Source: Eledone cirrhosa
Taxonomy: Eukaryota
Assembly: GCA_964016885.1 (NCBI GenBank)
Contig: OZ024751.1
Location: 19,902,001 to 19,966,000, forward strand
Reading direction: 5' to 3'
DNA length: 64,000 nt
The notes below the pieces were generated by a model that had not been told where the DNA came from, searched no databases, and was given only the letters and a program-made list of their open reading frames with translations. The translations under genes and the position numbers were made by a program. Positions 41,166 through 55,345 of this stretch are shown here, piece by piece. Positions within the stretch are counted from its first letter, which is position 1. Every line of letters starts with the position of its first letter.

Positions 41166-42782
41166 ATGGCTAAAACATATCAACAAATTCCTGGCGTTTT
41201 CTGTCATTCTTCACAGTCGAATTTGGTCGTAGAACCATGCAAATATTCCGACTGTGAATCAGCGGTGGCTGCAATAATCAAAAGATTTGAATTAAGTATG
41301 AAATTTATAGTATTGTTCATGACAGGACTTGGATTTTTCTTCGGTATTCTTGTTGGATTGTTGATACAACTTCCAGGAGTTACTGTGCCTTCAGATTTTG
41401 CCCGGACCAGTCAAGATGTCCGAATCGACATCAAGGAGTCACACAACCAATATCAGGAACAAACACATAGTCCGCTTGCGCAACAAATACAAAAAGTTAT
41501 TGTAGCCAGAGAAATCTTGAACGAAAAATCTCACGGTCAAATGCAAAAAGCTGATTTAGCCGTCGTTCAAAATAGAAATAATTCTCTAGAAATTAAAGAA
41601 GAGGGTTTTAAAAAGAATCCTTACCCCGATGCTCCTTACCAAGAAGCTAATGACCGAGAAAGACTATTAGACCCAAATGTGAAGCCAGAAATTTCCATTA
41701 ATTCTGTACTTAGATTTACGCGTTTTTCGACAGATAATGATTCGGATAAAAAACTTCCCAAAATCATGAAAGATGAAACTGAACTAAACTCTCATGCCGA
41801 TTCTAGTGGAAATATAAGTAAGAAGAAATTGGTTGGCAATTCATCTATAGTAAACGATATCTTCTGGCAACCGGCTGTAGAGAAACCGTGTGTTGTCGGC
41901 TTTTCTAAAGAGAGGAGATTAAATTGGCGGAGGAAAGCTAGCATTTTACAAATTGTGAAAATGGAAGAAGGATGTGGACGAATGCAAAACAGGCTGTTGA
42001 CTTTCAGGGATTCTTCAAAAGCCTGTGCTCGTTATCGATTAAATACAGATCAAATTCAAGGAGACATCTTCTCTTACTATTTGAGTCAAATATTGAAAAT
42101 CAATAATCTTCCGCCGTCGATTGCTCTCGCTGTTGAACCAAGAGATCTAAAATGGAGCGACATTCACGAAGAAATTGCACAATCTCAATGGGTGGAAGAC
42201 CAAGTGGTTGTGTTGTCCGAGTGGATTGAGGGACTTGAACCGACCTTTATACCTAAGGAATTTCGCAATGAAGGACTGCAATTGACTCCTACATCTGAAA
42301 GCCTCTCGGGCAAAAGTAAAAACGAACTTTGTGAGCTTGTCCAATGGTCAGATCTAATCGTATTTGACTATTTAATTGCGAATCTTGATCGAGTTGTTAA
42401 CAACATGTTCAACAAACAATGGAACGCAAATATGATGAGTAACCCAGCACACAATCTCCAGAAAGTTCCATCGAATGAACAACTTGTGTTTTTAGACAAC
42501 GAATCTGGATTATTCCACGGATATCGCTTACTTGATAAGTATAGTTCTTATCACTATTCCATGCTGCAGTCATTGTGTGTGTTCAGGAAATCTACTGCAA
42601 AAATTATAGAAAGGTTACACTTCAGTGGAAATATTGGTAAAGAACTGAAAGAGGAATTTACTAAGAACGAGAAATTCCATTATTTAATACCAAGTTTACC
42701 TGAGAAAAATGTCAAAATCCTTCAGGGACGTATATCAGACGTTTTTGCACAAATACAAAAATGCCAAAACCAATATATGTAA
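41166..42782 (+). CDS. fj: Four-jointed (FJX1-like) Golgi extracellular Ser/Thr kinase, type II membrane protein, 538 aa
   Basis: N-terminal TM segment FIVLFMTGLGFFFGILVGLLI; motifs GCGRMQNRL, DQIQG, QWSDLIVFDYLIANLDR, and LVFLDNESGLFHGY with the catalytic DNE. Confidence 0.95.
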   Translation: MAKTYQQIPGVFCHSSQSNLVVEPCKYSDCESAVAAIIKRFELSMKFIVLFMTGLGFFFGILVGLLIQLPGVTVPSDFARTSQDVRIDIKESHNQYQEQTHSPLAQQIQKVIVAREILNEKSHGQMQKADLAVVQNRNNSLEIKEEGFKKNPYPDAPYQEANDRERLLDPNVKPEISINSVLRFTRFSTDNDSDKKLPKIMKDETELNSHADSSGNISKKKLVGNSSIVNDIFWQPAVEKPCVVGFSKERRLNWRRKASILQIVKMEEGCGRMQNRLLTFRDSSKACARYRLNTDQIQGDIFSYYLSQILKINNLPPSIALAVEPRDLKWSDIHEEIAQSQWVEDQVVVLSEWIEGLEPTFIPKEFRNEGLQLTPTSESLSGKSKNELCELVQWSDLIVFDYLIANLDRVVNNMFNKQWNANMMSNPAHNLQKVPSNEQLVFLDNESGLFHGYRLLDKYSSYHYSMLQSLCVFRKSTAKIIERLHFSGNIGKELKEEFTKNEKFHYLIPSLPEKNVKILQGRISDVFAQIQKCQNQYM

Positions 42783-43675
42783 TGTAAAATATAAACAAAC
42801 AAATAAATAAATAAATACATTCACAGAACATAAAGAAATACATACAAGACATTTTATTTTTTTTTTACTTTTTCTTTCAATGTTATATATACTACACACA
42901 TCAAGTTTGATATCTTGATGTTTATCCTGCCACCCCACCCCCACTTTCTATTTATCACTCACCTGTACATAGAATTGAACCTGTTTTTCTAAACAAGTTA
43001 CATATGTAAGTAATATACTAAACAACTTATTTTTCTATGAAAAAAAAATAAACACATTTTATTAATATCAATTTTGTTGTTGTTATTGTATATGATATTG
43101 TACATTGCTAAATCTTTACTCACTGTTGACAGTAGCATATATATATATATATATGTTTGTATGTGTGAGTGTGTATGTGTTGGCAGGTAGACAGTATATT
43201 GTACTGATGAAGGGTAATCACCCATAAATATTAGTGTCTACAGTTCTGTTTACATGCCAATACAAGAGCAAAAAACTCAGATTACATTTATTGTATTCAT
43301 GTAGAGCTATAAACTATTTGTTATATATATCAAGCGTTAACCTAATATATACCTTCCATATACTGTACCGATTGTGTTGTTATTTCTGTTTACCTTTTAC
43401 ACACACACATATATATATTTAGGTGTGTTGGTTCACCACTGAATAGAACTGGTCATTCTGTATGGCCAACCTCGATGTAATACTATGGAGAGCACTCAAC
43501 GTAATGCAACTCACCCGTCTTTGTATAGTTGGTGGTGCGAGTACGGAGTTAATTATTATAAAATAACAGGAGGGCGGCCGACAGTGATAGAAGCTGATAA
43601 ATAGTCGGTCGTCCTCTTGTCTCTGATTTTCAGCTTCATGGATTTTATCTGTTATATTCCTTTGTTATATTTTGA

Positions 43676-43733
43676 ATACCTGATGATGTCACCGGATTCA
43701 CGCTGAACCCAGTCATTGAAATGATCATAGTAT
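43676..43733 (+). ncRNA. Type I hammerhead ribozyme with imperfect stem II
   Basis: ATAC-CTGATGA-TGTCACCGGATTCA..TGAACCCAGTCATT-GAAA-TGATCA-TA-GTAT. Confidence 0.65.
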
Positions 43734-43871
43734 AATAAACCTTTCAAGGATTTACACCAGTCCAGCCTCCTGCTATTTTATAATATATATATATATATAT
43801 AAGTAAAAAACAATAACAAAGAATGCAGTACGAACAGTGTTGCTATTAGGTTCACGCTTGAGAGTGGTGGA

Positions 43872-43910
43872 GGAGGCGACGTTTCGGGCATAAGCCCTTC
43901 ATCAGGAGAA
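43872..43910 (-). ncRNA. Minimal HHR core of PLE type
   Basis: Minus strand CTGATGA-AGGGC-TTAT-GCCC-GAAA-CG-TC; stem I is weak. Confidence 0.6.
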
Positions 43911-43961
43911 AAGTGGGAAGGAGATACCCTCTGCCCTAGATGCTTTGACAAGTTCCTCTCC

Positions 43962-44040
<79 letters not shown>

Positions 44041-44444
44041 TTTCACACAGCTGCGTTCTTTCTGTAAGTCCTTTCCATGTCTATGTTAACTTTGCAAAAC
44101 TTTATCAACGTGCAGAAATTTCATGAAGAGTCCAATGGTCTAATATGTTTGGGGCTCCTTGCCCTAAGATGCTGTGACAAGTGCGCAGTCCCTCCTATCC
44201 ACCTCTCCTTTCCTCCTTCTTCTCCACACAGCTGTCGTCCTTCTGTAAATCCTTGCCATATCTTATGTGTTCTTTTGCAACACAATATCAACGTGCAGAA
44301 ATTTATGATGAATACTAACAGTATCTAACTTCTGTCTTCCTTATGCACACACACACACACATGCACATGCACACACACATGCACATGCACATGCACACAT
44401 GCACATGCACATGCATGTGCCGTCTGAAGCTGACAGGATTCCTG

Positions 44445-45100
44445 GTTGTGGTGGTGGTGGTGGTTATGATGGTGGTGTTGGCGGTGGTGGTGGTGGTTGT
44501 GGTGGGGGTGTTGGCGGTTGTGGTGGTGGTGATGTTGGCGGCGGTGGTGGTTGTGGTGGTAGGGTTGGTGGCGGTTGTGGTGGGGGTGTTGGCGGCGGTG
44601 GTGGCGATTGTGGTGGTGGTGGTGGTTGTGGTGGGGGTGTTGGCGGCTGTGGTGGTGGTGATACAGGCGGTGGTGGTTGTGGTGGTAGGGTTGGTGGTGG
44701 CGGTTGTGGTGGGGGTGTTGGCGGCGGCGGTGGTGGTGGTGGTGTTGGTTGTGGTGGTGGGTTTGGCGGTGGTGGTGGTGGTTGTGGTGGGGGTGTTGGC
44801 GGCGGTGGTGGTGGTGGTGGTGGTGTTGGCTGTGGTGGTTGTGCTGGTGGGATTGGCGGCGGTGATGGTGGTTGTGATACGGGTGTTGGCGGCGGTTGTG
44901 GTGGTGGTGGTGTTGGCGGTGGTGGGGTTGGTGGCGGTTGTGATGGTGGTGGGTTTGGTGTTGGTGGTGTTAGCGGTGGTGGTTGTGGTGGAGGTGTTGG
45001 TGGTGGTGGTTTTAATGGTGGTGACGGTGGACGCAATGTGGTTGATATTGGTGGTGGTGGTGGTGGTGGTGGTATTGTTGTGTGGTTGGTGGTGATCGTC
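44445..45100. repeat. GGT/GGC low-complexity repeat
   Basis: Degenerate (GGY)n. Confidence 0.9.
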
Positions 45101-45271
45101 GTCGTCGTGCTGTAGTGATGGGGTTTGTGGCAGTGGCGGAGTGTAGGCGTCTTAAAGGCTGTGATCACACCCTCTTCCTCATCCTTCACCCCTTATTCCT
45201 CCTCCTCCTCCTCCCGTTTATCTTGGAATCTAGTTAAGAAAACTGGAATAAAAATTTATTACTTTATCTTA

Positions 45272-45750
45272 AACAACAACGAACACGCCGACAACAACAA
45301 CAACAACAGTAACAACAACGAACACGCCGACGACAACAACAACAGTAACAACAACGAACACGCCGACAACAACAACAACAGTAACAACAACGAACACGCC
45401 GACAACAACAACAACAGTAACAACAACAAACACGCCGACAACAACAACAACAGTAACAACAACAAACACGCCGACAACAACAACAACAGTAACAACAACA
45501 AACACGCCGACAACAACAACAACAGTAACAACAACAAACACGCCGACAACAACAGCAACAGTAACAACAACGAACACGCCGACAACAACAACACGCCGAC
45601 AATAACAACAACAAACACGCCGACAACAACACGCCGACAATAACAACAAACACGCCGACAATAACAACAACACTGTACACGCCGACAACAACAGTAACAA
45701 CAACAAACACGCCGACAACAACAGTAACAACAACAAACACGCCGACAATA
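45272..45750. repeat. 36-bp AAC-based minisatellite
   Basis: AACACGCCGAC(AAC)4AGT(AAC)3 units. Confidence 0.9.
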
Positions 45751-46085
45751 AAAACAACTAAAACAATAACAATAACAACAAAAACAATAACTACAACAAT
45801 AACAACAGCAACAACAATATGGAACACAGCAACAATAACAACCACAACCACAACAGCAACAGCAACAAAACACCAATTACAATTACAAAAACAACAACTA
45901 TAACACTATTAGAAACGAAATGATCTACAACAACAACTACAATAACAATATATCAAAATATATCTGGGGAAATAATAAATAAATAAAATATAAAATCAGA
46001 GAAATAAAAAAAAAGATTTATTTTTTCATATTAGAAAAATATAAAATAGGATAAAATATTAATAATATATATATATACAGAGAGT

Positions 46086-46152
<67 letters not shown>

Positions 46153-46162
46153 AAGCACACGC

Positions 46163-46211
<49 letters not shown>

Positions 46212-46961
46212 TGTACATATATTAGATATTAGTTTAAAAATGATAATAATAACGAAGGCAAGTTATTTTATACATATATATACCCATACATATACATGCA
46301 TATACACATATATATATATACATACATATATACATATATACATGTATATACATATATATATATATATATATGTGTGTATTTGTGTGTGTGTATAAATGAC
46401 ATTTGTAAACAGTCTTGAGGAGGATTCTTGCTGGAATATTTCATGTCTCTGGTGTGTAAATAATAGAAGGAAAAATATGATAATCATACACACGGCTTTA
46501 AATTCCTACTTGAGAACGATTTAAAACATCTAACTTAGAACTAAATATTGATTTACAACTTTTTACGACAACATATGAGGCTTCTACATAACCCGTTCAC
46601 TTCATCAGACGTAACAACTAAATTTCTCTCAAATCATATAGAGAGCAAAGCCTTTTGAATAGTATTTACTAAACTGGGTATTTTGCGGAAACCTAATGTG
46701 TATATATATATATATAAAAACCTAATGTGTGTGATGTGTGTGTGTGTGTGTGTGTGTGATGTGTGTGTGTGTGTGTGATGTGTGTGTGTATATATATCGA
46801 CTTACTCGAATTTTTTCGAAAAATGAAAAAAAATCGAATTTTTCGATTTTGTTTTTTAAATAGAAAAGTCAAGTATTTCAATTTTTAGAAAAATGAAAAA
46901 ATCAGCTTTTTCGATATTTGTATATATATAATTTAATGTATAAAAATCAATACAATATAAT

Positions 46962-47034
46962 TACCTCATTACCAGAGGTTTCCCGAATGAGGCGAATACG
47001 AAATAAACGACTTCATTCGTTCGTCAGACGAGGC

Positions 47035-47035
<1 letters not shown>
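46962..47035 (-). ncRNA. Type I hammerhead ribozyme
   Basis: Minus strand TGCCTCGT-CTGACGA-ACGAATGA..TCATTCGG-GAAA-CCTCTGG-TA-ATGAGGTA; 8-bp stem I. Confidence 0.82.
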
Positions 47036-47070
<35 letters not shown>

Positions 47071-47298
47071 AATATATATATACATATATAAATATATATG
47101 TATATATATATATATAAATGTATATATATATATATATGTATATATATGTATGTATGTATATAACAAAGGAAGTGTAATAAGGAACCAGGTGGAGCAGAAC
47201 GCACCAGAGTACTCAATACTTAGTATATACCAGAAATAGCCGTCGAAATGGCTCGAGCGCGGCCATCGGGGTCTTGAACATTTTCCTATATATGTATA

Positions 47299-47335
<37 letters not shown>

Positions 47336-47539
47336 GTAGATAAATCTACCAAGAGTTTACGGTATGCATGTGAACATATATCTTTATGCATATCTATGAA
47401 CGAAGTTACTTGCATATATACACACACCTAACTGTATTTTCTTGATTTATATTTTTTTTGTGTATTTCATTGGTCAATTTGAACTCTGTTCCCAAACAGA
47501 CCTGTAATTTTGAATTGTTCTTATTATCAATAAATATAA

Positions 47540-47692
47540 TTCATTATTTCTGAAGACGGCATATGTATGTGTTGGTATGTATATTATATTTGATAATTTG
47601 TATAATTTTGTATAATTTTGTACATAGATCTGTTGAATATGCATACCAATTCTAACACATATATGTCCTAGAAACGATCGTTACATAATGAA
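47540..47692 (+). ncRNA. Type I hammerhead ribozyme with a ~114-nt stem II domain
   Basis: TTCATTATTT-CTGAAGA-..ATGTGTTGG..CTAACACAT..-GAAA-CGATCG-TT-ACATAATGAA. Confidence 0.65.
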
Positions 47693-47777
47693 CTTTTTTT
47701 GTTTAATATAAGGAACTGTTTCATTGTTTTATTCATTATTTTTTTTATATTTTATATATATGTATATATGTATATGT

Positions 47778-47823
<46 letters not shown>

Positions 47824-48112
47824 GTGTATATATACATAAATGTATATATATGTATATATATATGTATATGTATATGTATATATATATATATATTTTGAAA
47901 ATTTGGACTGTGAACAACAATTATAATTGAGTGGCTGCTATTTGCAGTATAGCAATATAAGGTTGCACTTACCAATGAAACGGTCGTAAATACCTGGATA
48001 AAATACTTCTCTTAATGCTTACCTGTGTTTTCTCTTATATACTATATATATATATGTATATATATATGTGTATATATATGTATATATATGTATATATAAA
48101 TGTATATATATG

Positions 48113-48148
<36 letters not shown>

Positions 48149-48559
48149 CATATATATATAAGATATATACATATATATATATACACACATATATATAAAC
48201 ATATATATATACACACATATATATACATATATATATATATATAAATGGAATAGAATGAAACGAAATTTCATTTCTCACTCTTAGTGCGGCAGTTACTTAC
48301 ATATATATATATATACACATATATATACACACATATATATATATATATATACATATATATGTATATATATACATATATGTATATATATACATATATGTAT
48401 ATATATACATATATGTGTATATATATATATATGTATATATATATGTATATATATGTGTTTATATATATATATATATATATGTATATGTATATATATACAT
48501 ATATGTATATATATGTGTGTATATATGTTTATATATATATATGTATGTATATATATATG

Positions 48560-48592
<33 letters not shown>

Positions 48593-48663
48593 GTCTGTGT
48601 GTGTATGAATATATATATATATATATATGCATTTATATCTATATCTATATATATATGTTTATA

Positions 48664-48695
<32 letters not shown>

Positions 48696-48982
48696 CCTAT
48701 ATATATATGTGTGTATATATGTATATATATATATGTATTTATATATATGTATATATATATGTATATATATGTATATATATATATATGTTTATTTATATAT
48801 ATATGTGTATATATATATACATATGTATATCTATATGTATATATATATATATATGTATGTATATATATATGTATTAGAAAGTGAGGTTTGTTTCAAAATG
48901 ACAAAAAAAAACGAGGTGTCCTCCACGAGTGAAAGTATCAGGAAAAAAGTATATGAATATATATAGATATGTATATATATGT

Positions 48983-49027
<45 letters not shown>

Positions 49028-49111
49028 GAAAAATTGAACAGGGACAGAACAGAGAGGCAGTACGACAAATGTTTATTAAATTCACGCTCAGGAGAGTGGG
49101 GGGTAGGTGGG

Positions 49112-49147
49112 GGACGACGTTTCGGGCATAAGCCCTTCTTCAGGTGA
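49112..49147 (-). ncRNA. Minimal HHR core of PLE type
   Basis: Minus strand CTGAAGA-AGGGC-TTAT-GCCC-GAAA-CG-TC; same family as 43872-43910. Confidence 0.6.
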
Positions 49148-49489
49148 GAGTTCAAAAGGTGTGTAGGGGAGTGGTGGAGAGACATATAGCGAAAGGAAAC
49201 GGTGCGAATGAAAAATTAACAAATAAAGACAAAAATATAATAAATAATAAATAAAAATAAAGCATGATCAAAATACAAGGAATGAGAACATTTAAAAATA
49301 AAGGCATGATCAAAATAAACTGAAATTAAAAGGGGGGTAAACAGGTGGTGGAAGGGTGTGGGGTGAGTAGAGGTGGTGGCGGGTGGAGTGGGGGAGAGGG
49401 AGACGGGGTGTCCGAGCGGGGAGTGCTGAAGGTGGTGTGTGTGGTTAGGTGTGCGTGTGTGTGTGTGTGTGTGTATGTGAAAGTGAGGG

Positions 49490-49529
<40 letters not shown>

Positions 49530-50141
49530 AGCTAGAGACTTTCCTATGGCCAGCCATGCCATCTCCTTTTTCTTATTACTTAAGTTTCTATTTTTATTTC
49601 TTTTCATATCTATGTAATTATCTAAGGTTTTTAAGCTAAGTTTGTGCGCTTATAATATTATCTTATACTGGTCTATGTGTATGATATCACTTGACTTTAT
49701 TAAATAAATGAGAAAGTTATACTACTATCATGCAAGTATTTCTCGTTGTAAACATTGAACCAGGAAGAGACACCCTTGCTATACCTGAACATCCATTTAC
49801 AGAACGACAAACTAACCCGGCTTGCACTAAGTGACCAATCATATGGCGAAAATAAATCAACAGAAACATACCTCATTTACCTATGTATGAGTCACACCTC
49901 TATTTGACATAAAACCTTTACAATGTACCATTTATTTTGAACTGAGCCTTTGTGGGTCTTGTAAGTGTTTTATAGGCCCATTGAAAGTTAAAAGAAAAAG
50001 TGGACATTGGCGGGATTTGAACTAAAAATCAAATATAAAAGGGAGATAAATAGATATTGTGTTGTATTTTGTTCCACGCTCCACTGAGCAAACAGCTGAA
50101 GCATTATTTCTCACGTTGTCAAAAAAGCAAATTTGTAAGAG

Positions 50142-50227
<86 letters not shown>

Positions 50228-50230
<3 letters not shown>

Positions 50231-50443
50231 GGCGTGTGGCTGATTGGTTAGAGAAGAACTGGATTCGCAATCGTGAGGCTGTCAGTTCGATTCCTGGACC
50301 GGGTTATGCATTATGTCCTTGAGCAAGACACTTTATTTCACGTTGCTCCTTCTACATGGAGTTGCGACCGATAGATAGTATTAGCAATTGGAAAGCCCAG
50401 CGGAAACATTGTTTCCTCGGTTTGATTTGACGAAAGTTGATCG
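50228..50443 (+). mobile_element. tRNA-derived CORE-like SINE
   Basis: Close copy of 3653-3866; both start directly after GT repeats. Confidence 0.75.
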
Positions 50444-50553
50444 AGAAAATTATATACGAGAGAGAGAGAGAGAGGTAGCTAGATGCATATGTGGAGGCAT
50501 GACCCCTCACAACATGTATATATACATATAAACACTGGTTATTTTATTCATTT

Positions 50554-50616
<63 letters not shown>

Positions 50617-50698
50617 ACTGGTTATTTTATTCATTTCGTATATATATATATATATGTGTGTGTATGTGTGTGTGTGTGTGTGCATTTTGCCTTATGTA

Positions 50699-50797
50699 CA
50701 GGGTTGCCCCAAAACGTATACACACTTCCCCAGCATTCTAATAACTACTGCCTGTAGAGGTAATCAAAGTCTGTATACATTTTTGGGGGACATTCTC
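50699..50797. mobile_element. Tc1/mariner-type MITE
   Basis: TA|CAGGGTTGCCCCAAAACGTATACACACTT..AAGTCTGTATACATTTTTGGGGGACATTCTC|TA; imperfect ~29-bp TIRs and TA flanks. Confidence 0.7.
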
Positions 50798-51907
50798 TAT
50801 ATTTAGAAAAATTGAGACAGACATCTAACTCAATCCAAAATGAAAACAAACCCCACTAAAAAGATAGCTAGATAAGATATACTGTCAGAACGTAAGACGT
50901 GATCTTAATGCCTGAAGCGGGTTTTTTGTGTTTGTTTTTGAGCACAGGTCTGATCTGTTAACTCTCTTCCCAGGTTTAAAACAACCATAACTTCCACACA
51001 ACAACAACATCAAATTAACATCCACAACGATAACACACCCACAACGATATCAGAACCAGAACGATCCCAAAACAACAACGACCACACGACTACAACGATC
51101 ACTGAACAACATGAAGAACAACAACAATGACATAACAGCAATAACAACAGCAACGACTACACAACAAGAATGAGCACACAGCTGCAACAATTACACATCC
51201 ACAACGACCACACAACTAGGATACTACAACCACAACGATCACACAACAACAATGACCACACAACAACAACCACACAACACACAATAACAACGACCAAACA
51301 ATTAGGATACCATAACCACAACGTTCACACAACAACAACGACCACACAACTAGGATACCATAACCACAACGTTCACACAACAACAACGACCACACAACTA
51401 GGATACCATAACCACAACGACTACACAACTAGGATACCATAACAACAACGACCACACAACTAGGATATTATAACCACAACGTTCACACAACAACAAAGAT
51501 CACACAACGACACCGACCACACAAGAACAATAACATGAAGAACTACAACAGCCACAATGAATACAACAATCACACGACCACCACAACAACAACAACATCA
51601 AGAACAACAAGTACGTTACAGATATAAAAAGAAGGATTTGTAAAGATGTTTTCCTATCGCCATTGAATCTTGTTGTGACTGGGGAAAACCTGTGAACCTA
51701 AAGATAGGATGACACAGCAAAATTGTAAATAGGCTATTTTAATGTATGTATAATAGTTGTGTGTGTATGTGTGGAGGTTGTGTGTATGTGTGTGTGTGGG
51801 TGTGTGTAGGGGGGGGGGGCGTCTGAGTGTATGTGTGCATTTGCTTCTTTGTGTATTTGAATATGCGTGTCTGCCAGCGAGTGTGTACACAAACACAAAC
51901 ACACACT

Positions 51908-51956
<49 letters not shown>

Positions 51957-51957
<1 letters not shown>

Positions 51958-52157
51958 GGAACGAGTAGGACCCCGACGGCTGAGCTCAAGCCGTTTCGAC
52001 GGCTAATTCTGGACTAAATTAGTCCAGAATTAGCCGTCGAAACGGCTTCAGCTCAGCCGTCGGGGTCCTACTCGTTCCTATTACCCACTCTACTACCCTA
52101 AGTATTGAGTACTTTGGTGCGCTATAGTCCACCTGGTTCCTTACCACATTTCCTTCG

Positions 52158-52160
<3 letters not shown>
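51957..52160 (+). mobile_element. Fold-back PLE-like 3' end (hairpin 51956-52081) containing the 3' half of an HHR
   Basis: ~60-bp inverted arms; GAAA-CGGCTTCAGCTCAGCCG-TC-GGGGTC; conserved family tail. Confidence 0.75.
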
Positions 52161-52223
<63 letters not shown>

Positions 52224-52312
52224 TTATATATATATATACTTATATATACAGTGTATTGGTGTGGGTGTATAGCGTTTCGTTATTAATCGTTCATCAGTTT
52301 GAGCACTCTATG

Positions 52313-52368
<56 letters not shown>

Positions 52369-53428
52369 CTGCGTGTATTTCTCTATGAGTGTGTGTGTGT
52401 GTGCTTCGCTGCGTGTTTGTGTGTATATGTGTGCATGTCTGTCTACGTGTCTATGTTTGTGTTTTTGTATGTATGTGAGTGAGTGCATGTGTATATATAT
52501 ATATATATATATGTAAATATGTGTGTGTGTGTGAGTATACGTTTGTGTGTGTATGTGTGCGTGTGTATGCATGTGTATATATATATATGTAAATATGTGT
52601 GTGTGAGTATACGTTTGTGTGTGTATGTGTGTGAGTATACGTTTGTGTGTGTGTGTATGTGTGTGTATGTATGTGTGTTATGTGTGTGTGGATGTGTGTG
52701 TGTATGTGTGTGTGCGTATGTATGTATGTGTGTGTGTGTATGTATGTGTGTATGTGTGTGTATGTGTGTGTGTGTATGTGTGTGTGTGTGTATGTGTGTG
52801 TGTGTGTGTGTGTGTATGTGTGTATGTGTGTGTGTGTATGTGTGTGTATGTATGTGTGTGTGTGTATGTGTGTGTATGTATGTGTGTATGTGCGTGTATG
52901 TATGTGTGTGTATGTATGTATGTGTGTGTATGTATGTGTGTGTGTGTCTATGTGTGTGTGTATGTATGTGTGTGTGTATGTGTGTGTATGTATGTGTGTG
53001 TGTGTGTATGTATGTGTGTGTATGTGTGTGTATGTATGTGTGTGTATGTATGTGTGTGTATGTGTGTGTATGTATGTGTGTGTGTGTGTGTGTATGTGTG
53101 TGTATGTATGTGTGTTATGTGTGTGTATGTGTGTGTGTATGTATGTGTGTGTGTGTGTGTATGTGTATGTGTGTGTGTGTGTGTCTATGTGTGTGTGTGT
53201 GCTTCAAACAGTGACAACGAGTGAATCTCAAAGGAGACGAAGGAGCGAAACAAATCAAAGGTGAGACAACAATCTCGTAAAACAGGTTTCACTCCCTCAC
53301 ACATACATACATATATATATATAGACATATATACACACATACATACACATAATATACAGACACGTACATATATTCACACGTACAACACAAATATGTAAAT
53401 ATCATCGATAAACACGTACGCATACATG

Positions 53429-53488
<60 letters not shown>

Positions 53489-53498
53489 AATATATATA

Positions 53499-53534
<36 letters not shown>

Positions 53535-53925
53535 CATACACACAAATGCATATATATATATATATATATATATGCATTTGCGTGTATGTGTATGTGCATA
53601 TATAAACAGGCACACAAGCACACACACATATATATGAGCATATATACATACATTCATGGATATATATATATATATATATGTGTCTGTGTGTGTGTATATA
53701 TATGTGTGTGTCTCTGTGTGTGTGTCTGTGTGTGTGTCTGTGTGTGTGACAAGAAGTGTTAAAGATAGATGAAAAAGAAACTTAAATAAATATACAATAA
53801 AGCGTCCTTAAATTTATCCTTTCGTGCAAACATTAATGTATACATACATACATATATACACACGCGCAAAACACAAACATATATATATATATACACATAC
53901 ACACACACAATATATATATACACAC

Positions 53926-54104
<179 letters not shown>

Positions 54105-54191
54105 AATGAAAGGTATAGAAAACATATATATATATACGTACACATATATATGTATATATGCACACAAAAATACGCGCATACATACTAACAC

Positions 54192-54293
<102 letters not shown>

Positions 54294-54616
54294 AAACACA
54301 CACAGCCAGCCAAACCCCTGCCAGTAATGATGGACGGAAATCCGAACTTTCACCCGGTTAGTCAAACATTGACAAGCTGCAGAAAAGAAAACAGAATGGA
54401 AATATATAAATAAATAAACCGGGTGGTGATGGTGGCGGTGGTGGTGGTGTGGGGTGAGGTGGTGGTGGATGGGGGTAGGGTGGGGTGAGGTGGTGGTGGT
54501 GGTGGTAGGGGGCTGTTGTCACCACAGTAGGTGTATTGAAACGTAGAATGTTCTGAAATGTATAATGAATATGTATGAACGATTGGGACATTGCATCATC
54601 ATCCTTCAATATATAC

Positions 54617-54708
<92 letters not shown>

Positions 54709-54884
54709 CAATAATCAAATTTCAGTTTAAGTCATTTATTTGCTTACAATTGTTTCCTCCAAACCGAGGTTTGGATTCTTCGGAGCAACTATTTACTGAT
54801 CTATAACATACTTGACCTCCCTTTCCAACCCAAGAGACACATAAAACATATGCGCATATTGATCAACAGTGGGGTGACACTCAT

Positions 54885-54972
<88 letters not shown>

Positions 54973-55013
54973 TGATATTAAATAAATGGAAACTATATTT
55001 ATAAAAGCATATT

Positions 55014-55075
55014 TATTCTATTATATATATTTCAAGGGTACCAAAAATGTTGGTTCGCTATCATCAGATAAAATA
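55014..55075 (-). ncRNA. Type I hammerhead ribozyme
   Basis: Reverse-complement homologue of 40552-40612. Confidence 0.75.
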
Positions 55076-55312
55076 CAAAATTGTTTTATAAATATTTAAC
55101 ATGACCCGAGTGCTTTGAATCAGTTGTAAATATCTATATTTGTTGGATTTCCAACAAATTAAATATCTCTTATACATATATATATATTTATATATATATA
55201 TATATGTATATATTTGTGTGTGTAGAGGTACATTTATATATATATGTGTGTGTGTGTGTGGAGGTACATTTCACTTTTCTCACGAGCTGTTGCATTCCTG
55301 AAGATTGGGTGC

Positions 55313-55345
<33 letters not shown>

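Noticed and set aside
44343-45189. Gly/Cys-rich structural-protein-like ORF
   Set aside because: Start codons lie in a CA microsatellite, there is no signal peptide, and other frames are equally open.
49700-49920. Minus-strand SYIGK as a GIY-YIG remnant
   Set aside because: Single short motif followed by a stop; too little support without a BLASTx search.
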